Shown here: in pieces, positions 59,377 through 64,000 of the stretch | Numbering within the stretch: position 1 is the stretch's first letter | Layout of the letters: each line of letters starts with the position of its first letter | Virus record (IMG/VR): IMGVR_UViG_3300042375_000779 | DNA from: an uncultured virus (IMG/VR IMGVR_UViG_3300042375_000779) | Taxonomy: Duplodnaviria; Heunggongvirae; Uroviricota; Caudoviricetes | Length of the DNA stretch: 64,000 bases | Direction: 5' to 3' (one strand) | Notes under the pieces: model-generated | What the model was told of the DNA's origin: nothing | Databases searched by the model: none | What the model saw: the letters and a program-made list of their open reading frames with translations, nothing else | Translations under genes and position numbers: made by a program

Positions 59377-59487
59377 ATTTTTAGTTAAATCGAACCCCGA
59401 ACAAACTAAAAAATGTTCGGGGTTTTTTTATACCATATTTTTTTGTTATATTTGATTTATAGTTCTTTGACATTGTAATAAAAACAT

Positions 59488-59573
59488 ACCTGAGTGGTGA
59501 AATCGGTATACACGCAAGACTTAAAATCTTGTGGACAGTAATGTCCGTGTGGGTTCAAGTCCCTCCTCAGGTA
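59488..59573 (+). tRNA. tRNA-Leu(TAA)
   Basis: ACCTGAG/CTCAGGT; CAAGA-CTTAAAA-TCTTG. Confidence 0.9.
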
Positions 59574-59612
59574 CAACACTATCGTTCTTTGAAAATAAAG
59601 GAGAAAATCAAT

Positions 59613-59861
59613 ATGGATATATTATCATTTATTTTAGGAATGTCTATAGTTGTGGTTATCGCAGTTGCGGTAGTTGCGGTTATAGCCTTTGTTAAGGTTA
59701 ATAAAACTAACAAAGAAATTGAAACAATTCATACCATAATGGGTAATGAATTCGAAAGGTCGAATAGAAATCGTGAAGAAGATATTCAAAATGTTTATAG
59801 AACATTGGATTCACGACTTGATAAACTTGAAAGTAAAATAACAACAAGCCGTAAGGCATAA
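59613..59861 (+). CDS. Single-TM coiled-coil membrane protein
   Basis: Start at MDILSFILG (the track's longer start overlaps tRNA-Leu); AAGGAG upstream. Confidence 0.65.
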   Translation: MDILSFILGMSIVVVIAVAVVAVIAFVKVNKTNKEIETIHTIMGNEFERSNRNREEDIQNVYRTLDSRLDKLESKITTSRKA

Positions 59862-59901
59862 AATTTAAATAAAAACTTTCAAAGACGATAGTGTTATTTT
59901 T

Positions 59902-59975
59902 GGTTCCGTAGCTCAGTTGGATAGAGCAACATCCTTCTAAGATGTGGGTCTTTGGTTCGAATCCAAACGGGATCA
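59902..59975 (+). tRNA. tRNA-Arg(TCT)
   Basis: GGTTCCG/CGGGATC; ACATC-CTTCTAA-GATGT. Confidence 0.92.
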
Positions 59976-60028
59976 CGTAATCATTGAAAGAAACGATATC
60001 AGATTTTATCGTTAGATTAAACGATAAT

Positions 60029-60102
60029 GGACTTGTAGCTCACTAGGTTAGAGCGGCACACTCATAATGTGAAGGTAATAGGTTCGATTCCTATCTGGTC
60101 CA
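60029..60102 (+). tRNA. tRNA with CAT anticodon (probably Ile2; elongator Met not excluded)
   Basis: GGACTTG/CTGGTCC with C4-G69; CACA-CTCATAA-TGTG. Confidence 0.8.
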
Positions 60103-60237
60103 CTATTTAAAGTATGGGTCTTTGATGGAAGACCGCAAGAAGAATAGATGTTTTTCATCCATCAAAAATCAATAGTGCTGACTGCAACGGAGACACAAGA
60201 CAGAAGTGAAGGAACTGTCCCTATTGATTATTTAAAT

Positions 60238-60385
60238 TGTAGTGTGACGAAACTGGCAAACGTGCCCTCCTGTCTCGGGGGCGGTGACAAAGAAATGGGT
60301 AAGTAATATGGGGTAGACCACCAGCCGGCCGGCATAGTGTTACTTACTGAATCTCACTTTGGTGGTTCGAGTCCATCCACTACAG
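60238..60385 (+). ncRNA. tRNA-like RNA (GTC anticodon) with a 79-nt variable arm
   Basis: Acceptor TGTAGTG/CACTACA+G, D arm ACG..CGT, CCCTC-CTGTCTC-GGGGG, T arm GGTGG-TTCGAGT-CCATC. Confidence 0.75.
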
Positions 60386-60396
60386 CAAATATTATT

Positions 60397-61209
60397 ATGG
60401 AAATTTTAAACATAAAAGAAAAAGACCTATCAATTATAATTCCCTATAAGAATGGGCATACTATATTATATATGACATTCATTCATCTTTTTAAACATTT
60501 AAATATTGATATATCGTTAGAAAACAAGCCTAATAATTTTTTAAATAATGTTCATATTTTTGTGAGAAATCCAGTAGATAGATTTTTTTCTTCTTATTAT
60601 TGGCTAATCAATATGACAAAAAATGGAGAGGATAAATATAAACAAGATATTTTAAATCTCATAAAAAACACCAACACACATAATATTGATAACTATATTA
60701 ATCGGTATGATATTTTTTTAAAAGAATGTGATGATTTTCATTATATACCCCAAAGCTCTCAAATATTATATAGTAAAAATAAAATTTATAAAAATGAAAT
60801 AATCGATATTAAAACTGATTTAAAATTACTATACGATAAAAAATTTGGAGCGGGATACAAAATTTTAAAAATTGAGGATATTGATAAAGTCATTGAAGAC
60901 AATATGTCGTCCCTAATTAATAAAAATTTTGGTTTTTATAATAAAAAAAATACCGAAGCATTTAATGAAAGTAAGTTTGATTTTTTAAAAGATTACCCAG
61001 GTGATGTAAGTTTTTTATTTTCAACATTCTACCTATATTTTAAAAATATATATAAAATAACGAAGCATCATATAAATATCGATTACACTAAAGAAGTTAA
61101 GTCCACCGAATATAAAACAGTTTGTTCCTTAACTGAAAATGAATCTATTTTCTTTAATTACCCAGAAAGAAGGGTTGATAAAAATATTTTTAAAAAAAGT
61201 TTAGTTTAA
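60397..61209 (+). CDS. Sulfotransferase family 2-like protein
   Basis: IPYKNGHT (5'-PSB-like), FVRNPVDRFFSSY (3'-PB), HYIPQS. Start moved past the tRNA-like RNA. Confidence 0.65.
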   Translation: MEILNIKEKDLSIIIPYKNGHTILYMTFIHLFKHLNIDISLENKPNNFLNNVHIFVRNPVDRFFSSYYWLINMTKNGEDKYKQDILNLIKNTNTHNIDNYINRYDIFLKECDDFHYIPQSSQILYSKNKIYKNEIIDIKTDLKLLYDKKFGAGYKILKIEDIDKVIEDNMSSLINKNFGFYNKKNTEAFNESKFDFLKDYPGDVSFLFSTFYLYFKNIYKITKHHINIDYTKEVKSTEYKTVCSLTENESIFFNYPERRVDKNIFKKSLV

Positions 61210-61289
61210 TTTCATTTATATTTTGTTTTTTAAAAAAGTTTTCTTATCTTTGTAAAAGAAACAAGAAATAGTTCTTTGATTTAAAAATA

Positions 61290-62086
61290 TTGGCCGCCTA
61301 TGGTCAATAAAATAAACCACGAAAGTGGGATAAAGTGATCTGGTTTGGTTAAATCAGGTTGCGGTTTCAGCAATGGAACTCGAGTAGGCAAACAGAATAT
61401 CGTTGAACCTTAAGTACTGAGGGTAACACTGTAGGGAAAGTGGTTCGATGATCAAGCAATCCGAGTTGTTTGGTTGAGGTGGGAACACCAATAAGAATAA
61501 TCTGTAGAGTTAGTTTACAAGAAGTAGGATCTCCAATCTTACAATTGTGTGACTCAATATGATGGGAATCTTAAAACCGAAAGGTATGGTGAAGTACGAG
61601 TGGTGTCGTTATCATCCTTAATTAAACCCTACCAAGGGTTTGGTTTTGAAGGGGTCCAAAAATATGGTAGCAGGGATGTTACAGAGAGTAGTTTAGTATC
61701 GAGTTGTTCAAAAGATAACTTGGCTGGCAGACGAGCCACTACTTTCCAAATTCGGAACCACAATCAATTGTTAATATGGTTTAACAACTTAAAAACAAGG
61801 AAAAGTGCTCGTCAGTCGTTGGAGACAGGTGACTACACAGTCGAGAGGGGTTCTCGGCCACAAAGGGTCCAAACCCAATGTGATTTTTAAGAAAGTTCTC
61901 TAAGTTCGCAAGACTTAGTCGGGGTGGCAACCTCGAAGAGTAATGAGTATTAAAAGAGTATCTAACGACTTAAGGATTGGTTAATCTAATTGACCGTCGC
62001 TGATTGGTACTACTCAAAAGGTAGTGGATAAGAGAAGAAAAGATAATGTCTCTAAAGTCAATCGTTAAATGGTGTAATCTCAGCCC
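61290..62086 (+). ncRNA. Large structured ncRNA (~800 nt), GOLLD-like
   Basis: GC-richer, lacks a credible ORF, has many GNRA/short hairpins. Preceded by TATCTTTG and boxA, followed by a terminator, and adjacent to phage tRNAs. Confidence 0.7.
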
Positions 62087-62159
62087 TTTTATTTTCTTTG
62101 TTTAATAAAACAAAGTGGTGGAATCGAAACGTTTTAAAACCGTTTGGCCCAAAAAGATT

Positions 62160-62188
62160 AGTCGGAAGAAATTCTGACTTTTTTTTTG
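62160..62188 (+). terminator. Intrinsic terminator
   Basis: AGTCGGAA-GAAA-TTCTGACT followed by a T-run. Confidence 0.75.
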
Positions 62189-62221
62189 CAATGACAAAAA
62201 TAATATGTATATTTTATTATT

Positions 62222-62977
62222 ATGAGAATAGTTTGTATATCTGACACTCACGGTCTTCACAAAATAATGGAAGATTTTAATCCATTACCAGAAGGTGATG
62301 TGTTAATTCACGCGGGTGATTGTACTAACGTCGGTAAACCTCACGAGGTTAAAGAATTTGTTGAGTGGTTTATGAATGTTAAAGGTTTCGATTCTAAAAT
62401 CTTTATCGCTGGTAACCACGACTGGGCTTTTGAAAATAGACACCAACCTCACCATAAAGGGGACTTTGATTGGTATTATCATTTAATGAATGAAGAAAAC
62501 CTTTCTCAATCTGATGTAGTTTATTTAGAAGATAGTCAATTTACCATAGAATCTTCAGAATTCTCAAGACCAATTAAATTTTGGGGTAGTCCTTGGCAAC
62601 CTGAATTTTATAATTGGGCTTTTAATTTACCTAGATTGGGTGATGAATTAAAAAAATACTGGGATATGATTCCTGACGATACTGACGTATTGATTACACA
62701 CGGTCCCCCAAACGAGGCTAGAGATTTTGTTAGTAATTGGAGACAAGGTGATGCCAATGTTGGTTGTGAATTACTGAGGTTTCGCGTGGAACAAATTAAA
62801 CCACCTCTACACGTATTTGGTCATATTCACGGAGCTTACGGTGCCGCTCAAATAAAAGATACTCTTTATGTTAACGCAGCAACTTGTAATGATAGATATG
62901 TTCCTTCTAATAAACCAATCGTAGTTGACTTAACTGAAGTTGATGGTAAAATAATTGCAACATATGTCGAAGTATAA
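62222..62977 (+). CDS. Calcineurin-like metallophosphoesterase (MPPED-like)
   Basis: ISDTH, HAGD, AGNHD, LITHGPP, FGHIH. Confidence 0.92.
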   Translation: MRIVCISDTHGLHKIMEDFNPLPEGDVLIHAGDCTNVGKPHEVKEFVEWFMNVKGFDSKIFIAGNHDWAFENRHQPHHKGDFDWYYHLMNEENLSQSDVVYLEDSQFTIESSEFSRPIKFWGSPWQPEFYNWAFNLPRLGDELKKYWDMIPDDTDVLITHGPPNEARDFVSNWRQGDANVGCELLRFRVEQIKPPLHVFGHIHGAYGAAQIKDTLYVNAATCNDRYVPSNKPIVVDLTEVDGKIIATYVEV

Positions 62978-63647
62978 TCAACCAGTAAGTGTTGTAATAT
63001 CAACACGAAAAATTGAAGACAAATATTTGGAACACGTTAGTAAGATGTTTTCACATCCAAAAACTCAAATTATTGTTTATGAAAATGAAGGTGAATATTC
63101 TTTACCTCAACTTTATAACAAAGGACTTGAAGAATCCTCAAATGATATTGTCGTTTTTATACACGACGATCTTATAATTGAAACAACCAATATTACACCT
63201 AAAATATTAAAGATATTTGATACTCATCCAGAATATGGAATAGTTGGTGTAGCTGGAACCGATAACTTAATAAGTGGTATGTGGTGGGAAGATAGGACAT
63301 CAATGTATGGTGTTGTTGGTCACGAGCACGAAGGTAAACGTCACGTTAATCATTACTCCAAAGAATCATATTCTGAGAAGTTAAAAGAGGTGGTTATAAT
63401 TGATGGTTTATTTATGATGATACATAAACAACGAATTAAACATAAATTTAATGAGGAGTTCCCTGGGTTCCATTTTTATGATTTACCAATCTGTATTGAA
63501 AATTATATGGATGGGGTTAAAATAGGGGTAACAACTAAAATAAGACTCACACATAAATCCATTGGAATGGTAAATAAACAATGGGATAAAAATAAACTCT
63601 TTTTTGAAGCTCTTTACGAAAAGAACTTCCCACTTAGAGTTGGGTGA
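62964..63647 (+). CDS. GT2-like glycosyltransferase
   Basis: YNKGL, VFIHDD, IDGLFM, FHFYD. The start is approximate. Confidence 0.75.
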   Translation: MSKYNQPVSVVISTRKIEDKYLEHVSKMFSHPKTQIIVYENEGEYSLPQLYNKGLEESSNDIVVFIHDDLIIETTNITPKILKIFDTHPEYGIVGVAGTDNLISGMWWEDRTSMYGVVGHEHEGKRHVNHYSKESYSEKLKEVVIIDGLFMMIHKQRIKHKFNEEFPGFHFYDLPICIENYMDGVKIGVTTKIRLTHKSIGMVNKQWDKNKLFFEALYEKNFPLRVG

Positions 63648-63689
63648 TTTTTACCATAATTCGAATATTTATATATAAAACAAAAAACT

Positions 63690-63953
63690 ATGACTACAGT
63701 ACTTTTAATTTTATTGGGCCTTGTAATCGCAGGAGCCATTGTGTTTTTCTTAATGAAGTCTGGAAAGATTGCAGATAAGGATGGTAACAACATTCCTGAT
63801 GTTATTGACGAAACTATTAAAGACGTTAAAGAAACTGTTGCAGTTGTTGAAAAGGTGGTTAAGAATATAACTAAACCATCCGCTAAAAAACCAGAGGTTA
63901 AATCACCAACGGAAAAGAAGCCAACAAAGAAAGCAACTACAAAAAAGAAGTAA
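63690..63953 (+). CDS. Membrane-anchored small protein
   Basis: N-terminal TM, DKDGNNIPD motif, Lys-rich tail. Confidence 0.6.
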   Translation: MTTVLLILLGLVIAGAIVFFLMKSGKIADKDGNNIPDVIDETIKDVKETVAVVEKVVKNITKPSAKKPEVKSPTEKKPTKKATTKKK

Positions 63954-64000
63954 ATTATTAATTTAGTAGATACATTAGGGTTAAAATTTGTTTTTTAACC

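Noticed and set aside
61549..61890. 113-aa ORF
   Set aside because: GTG start, atypical composition, and it lies inside the structured ncRNA
62114..62150. AGTGGTGGAATCG resembling the 5' part of a tRNA-Leu
   Set aside because: No anticodon arm, T arm or acceptor pairing follows
1..64000. Stop-codon recoding or suppressor tRNAs, as seen in some large phages
   Set aside because: Core genes are full length in code 11, TAG (e.g. dUTPase) and TGA are used as stops, and no CTA/TCA anticodon tRNA was seen
1..64000. CRISPR array
   Set aside because: No regularly spaced identical repeats with unique spacers; the repeats found are coding or two-copy

Overview
AT-rich segment of a large T4-like (Caudoviricetes, 'huge phage') genome, standard genetic code. 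The host is most likely Bacteroidota, based on TAnnTTTG promoter elements, a Flavobacterium-type bS21 and T9SS-CTD-like domains. 1-25 kb: SNF2 helicase, neck protein, family-B DNA polymerase, virion/baseplate proteins, glycosyltransferases, dUTPase, PhoH, a phage sigma factor and dCMP deaminase. 26-38 kb: head module (major capsid, scaffold, prohead protease, portal, large terminase) with ribosomal protein bS21 embedded on the opposite strand. 38-45.7 kb: nucleotidyltransferase/KTSC, a divergent Hsp20-ClpC pair and an RNA-repair operon (kinase, Rnl1 ligase, cyclic-phosphate REC). 45.7-56.6 kb: a minus-strand island bounded by a 21-bp direct repeat. It encodes paralogous pairs of outer-membrane barrels, CsgG-like proteins, cohesin/dockerin-like exported proteins and CTD-like lipoproteins, and is the best candidate for an undescribed phage-encoded cell-surface assembly system. 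56.9-62.1 kb: a cluster of 11 canonical tRNAs, a 148-nt tRNA-like RNA with a 79-nt variable arm, many stem-closed small RNA modules and an ~800-nt GOLLD-like large ncRNA. All family calls come from motif recognition by eye, not from database searches.
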